64,000 nucleotides of DNA from Octopus vulgaris (lineage: Eukaryota), in NCBI GenBank assembly GCA_951406725.2, contig OX597828.1:9920001-9984000 (forward strand), given 5' to 3'. Below the pieces are notes generated by a model. That model had not been told where the DNA came from. It searched no databases and saw nothing but the letters and a program-made list of their open reading frames with translations. The stretch's first letter is position 1. Each line of letters starts with the position of its first letter. Both the position numbers and the translations under genes were made by a program. Below are positions 44,705 through 57,646 of this stretch, piece after piece.

Positions 44705-45792
44705 CCAATTTTATAATACGCGAACACGTCTCTTGGTATATAGACCGAAGAAACACACGACCACACGTATATATAATATATATATAATATGTATATACAA
44801 TTAAGAGTAACGTGTATGTGTGTATATAGCCTATGTGTGTCACTTAAAATATGCGTATGTATAAAATATTAAGATAATCAAATATCTTGAGTTGAGATGC
44901 TTGCTAGTGTGGTTTTGATACTCAAAATGCTAGCGTTGTACGGATGGTTCAAGTACCGTTGATAATAAATCTATAAAGGCTGACTGGTATCAACAAGAAC
45001 AAATTATCATAGTGTGAGTGTGAATATACAAAAGATCTGAAGTTATAGACAACTTCTGCCTTTGACAATGTAAAATAAAAATGAAAACTGTATCAGAGCA
45101 TGTCAAATTCACTACGTGTATTTAGTTCGGATCTAAGGAACCGCATACTATAGAATTGAAATGCTCTACAACACCTGAAATAAATGTTATAAATTATAGT
45201 AATCTACATAAACGTGTAGTCATTCAACTGCTTGTTCTGTAAAAAGAAAAAAATAATCAACATAAACAGACCCGAGACAAATATATTGTCATTAAACGTG
45301 AATTCTACGATAAAACTTTATCGAATAAATGCTATGCCATAGATGTTCACGACGTTGAGTAGTGGAAATAAATTTGGATTTTAAGCGACTGCTTCATTTA
45401 GGATGATGCATGTATACGTCACTAAAAATTTTAAAAGTCTTCAAAATTTTAAATAACATATATATATATATATCCCAAATTTTATTTAATTTGCTTTGCG
45501 GGAAGGATTGTTGTATGAAGTCGCGTCTTGTCCTTACCTTCGAACTGCGGAGTAGATGAAACAGGGAAAACTGAAGAAGGGGAATATTCCTTGTGTTGTA
45601 TATCTTCTACTCTGTTTTTTCGTTGTTTGAAAACAAAGTCCGTTTCCATGTTTTTGTTTTTATGGTTTCCTTTCACACTGTGTTCGACGGTTTTTTTAGG
45701 GGGGGGGTTACTGTACCCATATATGCATGTATATAGACATATGGATGTAGGTATATACATATATGTATATATATATGCATATGCTTATATAT

Positions 45793-45854
<62 letters not shown>

Positions 45855-47767
45855 ATATATACATATATATTATTCAAAGAAATACCAACTTTGATTTTCA
45901 CGTTTTATTTACATTCTTATAATATAATATAAGATTATATAATATAATAAAAAGATAGAATATTAAATGTCCATGCTCAATGAACTAGTACTTTCATGCA
46001 TTAAACTATGCAATCTTGAGGTTCATGTAGTAGCGGTAATAGATAAGTTTTACAATTTACAACTGTAGTGAGAAAGCTAAACTGTGTCTCAGATATAGGC
46101 TCCAGAATGTTAATATTTGCACACTGTATTCTGACCAATCAGAGTGTGGGTTTACTAAATTACTTCAGTTGAAGGTATTTTGTTTAGGCGTCACGGTTTG
46201 TTGAACATGTCAATAGACCTATTTTGAACCTGGCCAAAGCATAAATTGTTGAGCTATTTTTAGATTTTTACATTTCAATCATCATCATTACTATTAACAA
46301 CTCCTCTGTTATTGCTGTCGTTGTTAGTGGTGCTGCTGTTGTTTTTAGTGGTGATGTTGGCGGTGGTGGTGGTGGTGGTGGTGGTGGTGGTGGTGGTAGG
46401 TGTAGCTGTGGTAATAAACTTTAAACCCCAAACTAAGATTATTTTTACTGACTTTCATATTAGTCATCTTAGTGATGTTACGGTGGACGTGTACGGTACT
46501 TGCTGGCTGTGGTGGTGCTGTTGTTGGTAGTTTTCGTAGATTCTTGATTTTATTTAAAACACAGTTCTTACGCTTCCCCCATTACAATGCATGTACGGCC
46601 GAGTTATGACCTCATATTTGAGTTTGCGCTAAAATTGGAAGAAAATATTTAGAAACAAATTGAGAGTTAAAGATTTAATTGTCTCACATTTTCGAAAGGT
46701 ATATATTGTTTGATACCTAGCGTACCAGGACAGACGAAGTGGAATAGTGTACAAACAGTTGTTTTAAAGTACTTGAATCTGCCGTAGACTATAGATTTTG
46801 TTACAATAGCATTATGTACGATTAGTAGGTTGCTCATTTGTGTATATTAGCCCACAGCCACAATACACTAGAATACACGCACGAAATATCAATAGGATGG
46901 ATCGAAATCTTTACACCACAATTGTGAGGCCAATATCATGAAAATTAGGCAAATTTAAATACACTAACAGTAATATCTTAGCAAATTTCTCAGAAATGTT
47001 AGCGATAATTACGTTTGAGTTAACATACGGCATATATCCTATTATGTTACCATTTATCATGAACGCAGTCAGCACTAAATTTATGAATAATTACAAGTGG
47101 TAACTGGTAATTACATATATTCCCACATACATACTTACTTGTACACCATGACACATATGAATGGATGGGCCTCCGTCAATTTCAGCGATGATAAGGAAGC
47201 TGGATCAACTGAATTATCTCCCAAGTGAATAGCGCATTAATCCATGCGCATTCTGTACACAATTTGCATTTAGGTACTATCAGTGTGACACAGTACGTAA
47301 AAAGCCTGTATCTTTGAACATTTTGAGTGTTTGTTTGTGAGTGTGTGTATGCGTGCATGTGTATTTATATGTGTGTCCCTATGTGTGTGTGTGCGTTTGT
47401 TTGTATGTGTGTATGTGCGTGCGTACTTGAAAGCCCCTTTTATGCAAAAATATTAATTTCACAGGTTTACCGTTAACTGATTGCCGAACAGCAAACAGCA
47501 CTCATGGCACACTTTCTTACCTGTTACATGAAATCGCTATAAGGAAAATGTGGTGCAACTCAATAATATCACCGTCCATTTAAAAGTCCAAGAAGAAAAC
47601 TCTGCATAACTCAATTGTATGATATTGGGCATCCTAACACAAAAACACAAACCAACGCATGCTATATATATCTAAAAACGTATGTGTATATATCTCTGTG
47701 TGTGCGCGTGTGTTTATGTGTGTGTACGTATTTATGAGTTCATATCTATACATATATAAATATATTG

Positions 47768-47909
47768 GGAAATATTTGGGCTCCCTGTCAATTCTAAAGA
47801 ACAATAAAATGAGTGAAATCGTCTTAGATGTTAAAATGTATTAAATTACAGATTAACAAACTCATTAATTACAACTTTTTAGCTGAACAGAAATTATAGT
47901 CAATAGTAA
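47768..47909 (+). repeat. 142-bp segment duplicated at 55781-55922
   Basis: Direct repeat with 2 mismatches. Confidence 0.95.
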
Positions 47910-48767
47910 ATATATTATGTAAATACGTTCAGCAAAATTTAGATTCAAATGAATATGGTACTTAAGTTAGATGCACCAAAATTTTGTACGGTGTTATCCA
48001 TATAAATCCATGGGGTGATTATAATCAAAATAAGCAACAAGAATATCTTCGGTAATTTGGTACGATCGTTTCACGCTACATCATTTTATTAAACATTGTA
48101 TTACAACAGTTTTAAAATGTTGAGCAATAAATACATATATATTTATGTAAATATATATGTATGCATATATCACTGGCAATCTGTAGATTACGACGATGGG
48201 ATTTCCAGTTGATCAGACTAAAGTCGAACAGCCATACTGCTTCTCAGGATATTTACTACTTCCACCTATTAATATCATTATCATCATTATTGTTATTCAT
48301 ATTTTTATCTTAATTATTATCTAAAGCAGTGTGTGCGTGTATGTATTCAAAGATACATCACTTTATATCTGTTTCATTTGAATCCTATCTCATCAATCTT
48401 GATATATTATGCAATGATATATGCAGCTATTGATACTTGAGGTGTCATTAAAATGACTCTTCGGACTCGTCAGAATTGTGTATAAAATTAATGTGCTGTA
48501 GAAACTTGAATCATCAGTAATTTATGCATATACTGAGTTGCACGATATATGCAAAATATGTTGTGAATCGAATTCAGATGAAATAAAAATCTTACTCACT
48601 CCATTCGTATTGTGTGTCATTGTAAACGTTCAACGGATGTTTGTGGTTTCAGATATTTCATAATATAGACTATATCGGGAGTATTGTGTCTGAAAGCATG
48701 CACCCGTGAATGAGCTTAATAGAGTAAACTGGTGTGTTAATACGAGATTGAAATTATTATAGCATAC

Positions 48768-48816
<49 letters not shown>

Positions 48817-48878
48817 CATATATATACATGCACGCGCGCACAAATACACATATGTATATCTATTTATCCAGATATATG

Positions 48879-48916
<38 letters not shown>

Positions 48917-49015
48917 TACATATTTATACGTATGTGTGTGTTTATTTAGAGCAGTTTATGTATCGCATGAACAATAGCAAAATGCGGCAAAGTTTCAGTA
49001 ACCCACCTACAGGAT

Positions 49016-49505
49016 CTAGCGAACATTTATCTCTAAATACCAAGCAAGGACAGCCAACACGGTAGCAACGCCAGTAAATGGAGTCAGGACTGTCTTACAT
49101 ACAGATAAATACGATAAATTTTCATGCAGAGAAAAATCGAAATGTCCTTTGATGAATCTCTGTATGAGTACAAATCTTGTATATAAATGTACCCGGCACA
49201 CAAGTGGGGTGGGGCTATAACTCCTATACACATATAAATATACTTTCGTACATTATGGCAGACTGCTGATTCATTTAAGAATCGTTATCGTAACTATGTT
49301 ACCAGCTTTAAGTCTATCAATAATTGAAAGATTTTGTATGGCGACAGAAGGAGGATAAAATGAAGTACAGCATCAATTGGCCCATAGTAAGGTACGAGAA
49401 ACCATACAATATAATTTCCAGGAGATGCTGTCTTTGCTCCGAGGAATCCATGTCTATTCTGTGGACTAACTAGATCATTAATAGAATCCCTGAACCACTC
49501 TCAAG
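49016..49505 (-). pseudogene. Decayed FN3 and Ig fragments
   Basis: TWIPRSKDSISWKLY and IIDRLKAGNIVTITIL (FN3-like); LVCRVHL...FIKG...NLSYLSVCKTVLTPFTGVATVLA (Ig-like). Confidence 0.4.
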
Positions 49506-50069
49506 ATAACTCCTATACACATATGAATAAACTTTCGTACAATGCAGTGGGAATGAATTTTGAGTAAACGTTAGCATAATTTAATTTACTTTTAGTTATG
49601 GATGACTTTCAACTTCTCCATTGTTACAAAAAACAAGTAGATAGCTAACTCGCTTTCTGATCATCAGTGTACCAAACCTCATTTGTGCGTATGCTCACAT
49701 TTTTGCGAATGTTTGTATGAGCGAGTGTACCTGCGCCATGCAGCTCGCCCGAGGGAGTTTATACATCTATATTTGTTAACGGTTATTTTTAATATTTTTC
49801 TCGCTGGATTGCGCGTTCGTTTATCTTTTCGCCATTTGTGATTTTATTTTTTATTTTCGATATAAATGAAGATATTTCCTCAGTTTAGCTTCCTTTCATT
49901 CTACAACACGGGAAGTTACGTTGGAGAACAGTTATTTGAACGAGTTGTATACATTTCTCACCCTTCGAAATACAGCTGCACCGTCAGAGGAATCGATGCT
50001 AGATATGTCGAAATAATTGTCGTGATTACTAATAAATTCTCGTATATTCCATCTTCCGTGTTTTATGTG

Positions 50070-50131
<62 letters not shown>

Positions 50132-50345
50132 CAATAATAATTCTCTAAACGAGATATAGACAGTAACTGCTCCATAACATAAGGGACGTTAGCCATCTGA
50201 ATGTGGCTAGGGACAGGGCAGGGCGGTGGGGGTGTTACTGATGCATTTAGCCCCAGGCGATCATCAACGTCACCAGGAGGGCTGACGCCATCACGGCGTC
50301 CTCTAGCCTGCAAAGGGAGATCATTCACCGAAGAAGCGGATGCCA

Positions 50346-50390
50346 CATACGGACCTAGGTTTCAAGGTATTTGCCTATTATCAACGCATG
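50346..50390 (-). ncRNA. Type I hammerhead ribozyme, copy 1 (U3-A8 core)
   Basis: Exact reverse complement of 51018-51062; predicted cleavage between 50352 and 50351. Confidence 0.8.
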
Positions 50391-51017
50391 GTAGGCACCG
50401 CTCCTCGACGAACAACTCTCTGTGCAGGATATATATAAAGATTTTCACAGTAAATACATTTACTGATGTAGAAAATCCGTTCGACAGCAATAATAATTCT
50501 CTAAACGAGATATAGACAGTAACTGCTCCATAGCATAAGGGACGTTAGCCATCTGAATGTGGCTAGGGAGAGGGCAGGGCGGTGGGGGTGTTACTGATGC
50601 ATTTAGCCCCAGGCGATCATCAACGTCACCAGGAGGGCTGACGCCATCACGGCGTCCTCTAGCCTGCAAAGGGAGATCATTCCCCGAAGAAACCTAGGTC
50701 CGTATGTGGCATCCGCTTCTTCAGGGAATGATCTCCCTTTGCAGGCTAGAGGACGCCGTGATGGCGTCAGCCCTCCTGGTGACGTTGATGATCGCCTGGG
50801 GCTAAATGCATCAGTAACACCCCCACCGCCCTGCCCTGTCCCTAGCCACATTCAGATGGCTAACGTTCCTTATGTTAGGGAGCAGCTACTGTCTATATCT
50901 CGTTTAGAGAATTATTATTGCTGTCGAACAGATTTTCTACATCAGTAAATGTACTTACTGTGAAAATCTTTATATATATCCTGCACAGAGAGTTGTTCGT
51001 CGAGGAGCGGTGCTTAC

Positions 51018-51062
51018 CATGCGTTGATAATAGGCAAATACCTTGAAACCTAGGTCCGTATG
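51018..51062 (+). ncRNA. Type I hammerhead ribozyme, copy 2 (U3-A8 core)
   Basis: catgcg-TTGATAA-taggcaaatacctt-GAAA-cctagg-TC^cgtatg. Stem I catgcg/cgtatg is extended by tgc(c/t)/ggca and gaggagcgg/ccgcttctt; stem II agg/cct; stem III is the palindrome acctaggt; cleavage after C51056. Confidence 0.8.
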
Positions 51063-51373
51063 TGGCATCCGCTTCTTCGGGGAATGATCTCCCTTTGCAG
51101 GCTAGAGGACGCCGTGATGGCGTCAGCCCTCCTGGTGACGTTGATGATCGCCTGGGGCTAAATGCATCAGTAACACCCCGACCGCCCTGCCCTGTCCCTA
51201 GCCACATTCAGATGGCTAACGTCCCTTATGTTATGGAGCAGTTACTGTCTATATCTCGTTTAGAGAATTATTATTGCTGTCGAACAGATTTTCTACATCA
51301 GTAAATGTATTTACTGTGAAAATCTTTATATATATCCTGCACAGAGAGTTGTTCGTCGAGGAGCGGTGCCTAC

Positions 51374-51418
51374 CATGCGTTGATAATAGGCAAATACCTT
51401 GAAACCTAGGTCCGTATG
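51374..51418 (+). ncRNA. Type I hammerhead ribozyme, copy 3 (U3-A8 core)
   Basis: Identical to copy 2, 356 nt downstream; cleavage after C51412. Confidence 0.8.
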
Positions 51419-51989
51419 TGGCATCCGCTTCTTCGGGGAATGATCTCCCTTTGCAGGCTAGAGGACGCCGTGATGGCGTCAGCCCTCCTGGTGACGTTGA
51501 TGATCGCCTGGGGCTAAATGCATCAGTAACACCCCCACCGCCCTGCCCTGTCCCTAGCCACATTCAGATGGCTAACGTCCCTTATGTTATATATATACAG
51601 AGTCAATTCAAATAAATGAATAAAAACGAAAAAAGAAAAGAAAAAAACAACAAACCTGAGAAGGTACCCAAGAAGTGTATTATCTTGACACTTGGTGAAA
51701 TGTGAGAGTTTAATTTTTCGTGGATAGCCCTTCATTGGAAAGGAGAGAGGGAAAAGTCCAAACAATAATAAGAAGTAATCGCAAATGACCCACGTGTCAT
51801 TCCATATGTATATATGCATGTATTATGTATGTATGCATGTATGTAGGATGTATGTCTGTAAGTATGTATCTGTTTGTGTGCGCGCGTTTAGTTGTGTAGC
51901 GAGGAAAAAAGTATATATTTGAGAACTTGAATCAATCTAGAGTTTCTTAACAATTATTTTCTGGTCTGTTTTTCAGTAATAATTAGTGA

Positions 51990-52855
51990 AACTAAGAGAG
52001 TACTGTTCGGAAGTGTACCTGTATTCGCCTTTGATCTTTAAGACAAGATCAGTCATCACAAATTATATCCAACTTTCAAAGACTTCCAATAATCGAGAGC
52101 CTGTCTTTATTCCATGCATATTCATTTATTATTTTCTATAGTCAGAAAGGAAGGCAATGCTTGTCAGTACAGTTAGTGCCTCTGAAATGTGTGGAGAAAG
52201 ATATCTTCTCACCAAAGACCGAACCCGAATAATTGCAACAGCGTAAAAACTGTTTAACGACCAAAGTTCCAAACAATATTGCTAAATTACGTGTACCACC
52301 CGAGAGTGCCATAACTGTTTTCGAAATTGGAATATAAATTGGGACATAAATTCCATGAGTGAACAGAGTGGAGTATTCGTGAAGACGCTTTATCCTTCTA
52401 TCAATGAGGCGCTTGGAAAACGAGCTTTTTATCGACTCCGAATCGTTGCAGTGAAAACTAAATCATAATAGAAACAGACCACTAAATGCAGACATACGGA
52501 GATTATACTGCAGGTCAATCTCTCCTATCGTTGATGCATGATGGTAAGCATGAGAAAACAGCAACAATACCACCACCAAAAGGGTTTTCGTTGGTTTTTA
52601 CCAATCAGTGAAAGAATTGTATTGACATGAAAAGATTTACCAAGTATTTAGTTTTTAACACGCTACTCCAGTAGAAATACTTACACATACACACATATAC
52701 ACACATCTGTAAACACATCCGTTTTATATATACAGGCATGCACATGTTTGCTCATTTATAGTGAAACTGAGTACAACACAAATATTATGCCCAACCTGTA
52801 GGCATAGCTAACTCCCTCCCTTCTCCCTCCTTTCTCTCGGCATATATATATGAGC

Positions 52856-52887
<32 letters not shown>

Positions 52888-54318
52888 ATTAATATATGAT
52901 TTGTAGCCTGTTCTAGTAATCATAGGAATTGTGCTGAATCATTTACCAGTAAAAGTTGTTTCTTATTGGCTCCAGTGTGATCGTAGAACAGTAAAAACTG
53001 AAGATGGCTAAACATCGAAAATAACTGCTTGGTTGTGTTACTGAAATTCAGATGAAATAATTGTGTTGTATTAAGTGGAGTTCTGGTTAAGAGCCGAACA
53101 GCAGAGACAGCATGGTTTAAGGCAGCTGATAAAAAAAGCTTTCCATCACGTTGCATTTAGTGAAAGACTAACCTATGGAACACTTTCTATCTATAATATC
53201 AGGACGTCCAACGTATTACATAAATTATGGTGAATAAATACAGGTAGCATATTGAAAAAATATTTTAACCTCGCACTAGAAACCTATTTCGAATGCTTAC
53301 ACTATAGTGGCTGAACCTGAAGCACTTAAGAGGGAAATGGCTGTGATAAACGGAGATTTGGTTTTGACCTAACGTTTGATGTAGAGTCTACCACATTTCC
53401 TGATAGGTAATTCACTTTATTTTCTGTTACTTAGCGATTTGTATAGTTTATCCACGGCATATATTTCGGCCAGCACTCAGAGGCGTACACTGACACTGTA
53501 TACATTCCGTCATTTTAGATGAAAGTAATATGAAAATAACTGAAATAATGTTTTTTATAGGAAATAAAAAGAGATGGATGTGTTTATGGAAGTAATGTTG
53601 TAAAATACTTTAAGAAACTTTTCCTCTGCCTTTTAAAATCCACACGAACAAGAGACTGTGAGGAATGTGTTCGGCACACCAAAGACTGTATACAATATAC
53701 CAAAGAATATAATATCAAATCAATATCACTTGAAATTATTTGAGAAAGGAGTAACCTTTTCAAACTTCTGTAATATGCCTTATAGATAATGTCATTAAAT
53801 TAGATAGCTATTTGATATCAAATAATTGAAACCATCTGTCTTTGACAAACGTAACATTAATATGGTGCTTGCCTTCAGAAATACTGATATAATTTCTATA
53901 CATGCATCACTTTAAAACATTTTACTATACATGCCGCACTGAAAATTTCTAAATTGTGCATTTGCTTTCTCTTAAGATCTTTCTCCTTTTATGTTTGAAG
54001 CACTTGACCAGTAACGACTTTCTTACGTTGCCCTTTCGTAATGAAATAACTCTATATATTTGCGAAGTTCTCCGTTAACACTGCAATATACTTGAAGCAT
54101 TTCCAAATACTTTGATCGTATTCCACTCTGAGCAGTATTACCCCCAAAATACATCAGTTTCTCGACCATTTATGATTATTTTATACTTTCGTTGAGAGAC
54201 GTTTATTACACTAGAATATATACCGAGGCTGATGCAACAGAATTAAGTATTAGAAGAACTCTTGTTACTCAATAAAATAGTCATATGTCCACACACATAC
54301 ATACACGTATACATAAAT

Positions 54319-54365
<47 letters not shown>

Positions 54366-54410
54366 GACATATATACATGCATATATTTATACGAATATAC
54401 ACGTAAACAC

Positions 54411-54473
<63 letters not shown>

Positions 54474-54585
54474 TTCATACATTTACACTTACATATATAG
54501 ACACATGCATGGATCAAAGTATGAATTGATAGAAATATATACACATATATGTGTGTGTTTGTGTGTGTGTATATGTTTGTGTTCG

Positions 54586-54643
<58 letters not shown>

Positions 54644-55317
54644 ATACATACTTGCATACTTACATGTTTATATGAGATAGCATTGTTGAAAGTTAGCGTT
54701 TAAATGTTATTAAATGGAATTCAGAAAACAGTGTTTGTTTGATATATAAAGACCAACTATCTTTATTAACGTATCTATAAACCACAGCCAAAGTTATATA
54801 TTTAGCAACATAAAATAATGTATGTCTCTTTCTATCTCATAACTCCATATAATGGAAAGTTTGTAAGTGTTACTTATTAGCATGTTGAGATTCATATTTG
54901 TTTAAATTAACTGAGTTTCGATCACAAACGTCAATATTACAATTTCAGCTACGTGTGTGTCGGGATTGTCGAAGGAATAATTTCTCCCATCGTGTCATAT
55001 TCCCCACTGACCTCCCTACGTAATATCTTTTAATTATAAGCATAAACGCCCTAGGAAACACGATTCGTATGGGCATTTACGGAGAAAGTTTTCCCATACA
55101 CACATACGTATATATGTGTGATTGTGTCTATGTGTTTGTGTGTTTGTTTGTATATATGTATGTAAGTATTAATGTTTGATTTTATTTTTAGTTATGAAAA
55201 AAACAAAATTTTCGTTAATCTGATAGGCTACTCTATAATTTTGTAGAGTACAAAATCCATATCCTTAAAATGTGGTTGACAGTGACTCCGAACATTCGGC
55301 CCGTTATGTTATCCTCG

Positions 55318-55349
<32 letters not shown>

Positions 55350-55356
55350 CATTTAC

Positions 55357-55408
<52 letters not shown>

Positions 55409-55677
55409 ATTAGAAATACAAGTACATGACAATATCTCACAGAGTACAATAATAGGTACGCTTATAAGAGGCACTATTCAAACGGTAGCATTTACAAAAT
55501 AATCCTGATCAATTTTGTAATAAAAAAGAAATCCTGATGTTATCTTTATGTAGGGAAACAATGAAGGACCCTCTCTAAAAGGCATTGATTCACAACCAGC
55601 CCAAGCTAATTAAATGTCTGAATAGCTTGTAACGTATATGGTTTTTGCTTTACATCTTCAGAAAATTTTGCTATAGT

Positions 55678-55712
<35 letters not shown>

Positions 55713-56840
55713 TTGTGTGTATTTTAAATTAATAAATGTCTCTTCATGATATAGAACGCATTTTGTCCTATTGGGGGCTAGGAAATATTTGGGCTTCCTG
55801 TCAATTCTAAAGAACAATGAAATGAGTGAAATCGTCTTAGATGTTAAAATGTATTAAATTACAGATTAACAAACTCATTAATTACAACTTTTTAGCTGAA
55901 CAGAAATTATAGTCAATAGTAATATGCTATTTCATTTAAGATTCATTAGGTGCAATTTTTTCTGCAATAGGCACAATACCTGAAATTTTGGTGGAGGGGG
56001 CTACTTGTTTCCCTCGACCACTGTCTTTAACTGGTACTAATTTTATCGATCACGAAAGGAAGAAAAGCAAAGTCGACCTCGGCAGAAATTGAACTCAGAA
56101 AGTAATGAGGAAGAAAATGCTACTACGAATTTTGCCCGGCCTCCTAACAATTCTGCCAACCCATCGATTCAGTTTCAATAAGTTTATATTTTTAGAAAAT
56201 TTATATGAGAAATTTATACTGTAGTACAAAATCGTTTCATTTCTCAATAATTAACACTTGTCCAATTCAAAACGCAGTAAACCATATAATGTTTGTCGTT
56301 ATTCAATATCAGAATTACATTTCTGTACAACAACTTACGCATTTAGAAATAACGGATGTTTAAATTGGCCGCAGGATTTAAGTTAAGTGAGAAACGAAAA
56401 CGAACACAAAGATACTGCATAGATTTCTGTTAGTTACGCTACCGAGTCCGCTAATCCGCAGTCCGACAAATGTAACTATACTAGGAACTGATGAACAAAT
56501 TAAAGATGGTATCTTTCATAAGAGATAATAGATTTTTAGAAATATTTTCAGTGAGTCATAACCGTCAAGACAATACGTTCAAACTGTATCTGAGTAGTGA
56601 AAGTGGACATGTTATGCAAAGCCATTGGTTATATAGACTCTCATTTAATGCGAAGAAAGTAAGTTGACATTTATAAACATGAGAATCAATAAATATTTTG
56701 GAAAAGAAATAATGAGAAAGTTTAGTTATCGTAAATGTTGACAGAAATTGTTCAAACTTTACATAAACGTCAACAAGAGACTTTCTGTTGGTAATTAATA
56801 ATATTTTGCAGTCATCAAGTTTTGAATAGTTATTCATAGA
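51990..56840 (-). pseudogene. Series of decayed Ig-like domain fragments (discontinuous)
   Basis: 56837-56565 STFTITKLSH...DSHVYKCQLT (DxGxYxC-like); ~55440 KRTYYCTL; ~54110-54030 LQVYCSVNGELRKYIELFH; ~53000 LNFSNTTKQLFSMFS; ~52200-52010 SPHISEALTVLT, EYAWNKDRLSI, MTDLVLKIKGEYRY. Confidence 0.5.
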
Positions 56841-57173
56841 AATTTAAGTGTTTAGCAAATATATGTGTCATTCATCGGAATGACATGAACTAACCTATCA
56901 TTTATACACCTACGATTCATTCGTTTTATCATATTTTACATCTTACTCACAACCCACTACCAATCTTCTGTCTTTCTTTGACTTTTCCTTGTCTATTTCT
57001 CTCTCATTCTTGCTTGGAATATGCACACGTCATTTCCATGCACATATGCACACGTCATTTCCATGCACATACATACACGCGTATATACATCTATGTATAT
57101 GTAAGTATGGGTGCGAGATGTGCCTGTGATCTTTGTGTTTACAATAGCGATAGGAAGATGCATACAATTGCGC

Positions 57174-57579
57174 AGTATGTTGGAAAAGACTCTTATTTCT
57201 CTAAACATAAAATTTTCCATGCATTGAACAGCAAACGTGTGTGAATCTGAAATAAAACTGAATTCAATCTCGCTCACTTAAATCAACTGCACAAAATCTT
57301 CGCTATTGAGAAATGATCAGGTGTAGCACATAATAATGATAATTCACCGTCTGTGCGTCTCAGAATTTAAAAATTGTAACAATAGAACACATTTTCACAT
57401 ACTTATACAGATATAAACGTATGTATCTATATACATTTGAGTTTAGGCATATACATCTGTGTCCGTGTGTGTGTCTGTGTGCGTGTGTGAATGTGTTTAT
57501 ACACACACACACACACACACACACACAATATATATATATATATATCTATATATATGTATATATACATATGTATATATAC

Positions 57580-57612
<33 letters not shown>

Positions 57613-57614
57613 AG

Positions 57615-57646
<32 letters not shown>

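Larger units (their letters stand above)
37455..46260 (-). pseudogene. Series of decayed FN3/Ig fragments (discontinuous)
   Basis: ~46130 NLVNPHSDWSEYSVQILT; 44232-43939 STSYYIDNNIKFRI..NHYVKENENVSDRC; ~41650 VLDLLPILELHFTIK; ~41420-41270 YEF*EKDAEKWDDV..KNLTALNKFNVRLR; ~38600-38530 VSKHFKPETEMRFIMSTRSKYRE, with a second copy at ~37530-37455. Confidence 0.45.
50130..51590. mobile_element. Non-LTR retrozyme-like array: 356-bp units, ~1.6 units on minus (50130-50691) and ~2.5 units on plus (50689-51590), divergent
   Basis: Exact 356-bp period (50131/50487; 50700/51056/51412), few substitutions per unit, one hammerhead per unit, both outer ends abutting (TA)n. Confidence 0.88.

Noticed and set aside
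50395-50420. HDV-like ribozyme suggested by gctcctcgacg, and twister suggested by cagtaac/gttactg stems
   Set aside because: Could not assemble P1/P2/P1.1 or the twister L4 motif; the segment is explained as the antisense of extended hammerhead stem I.
50029-51615. Repeated 65-105 aa ORFs in the 356-bp array as a protein family
   Set aside because: Overlapping on both strands, no recognisable motif, explained by higher GC; the conserved signal is RNA structure.
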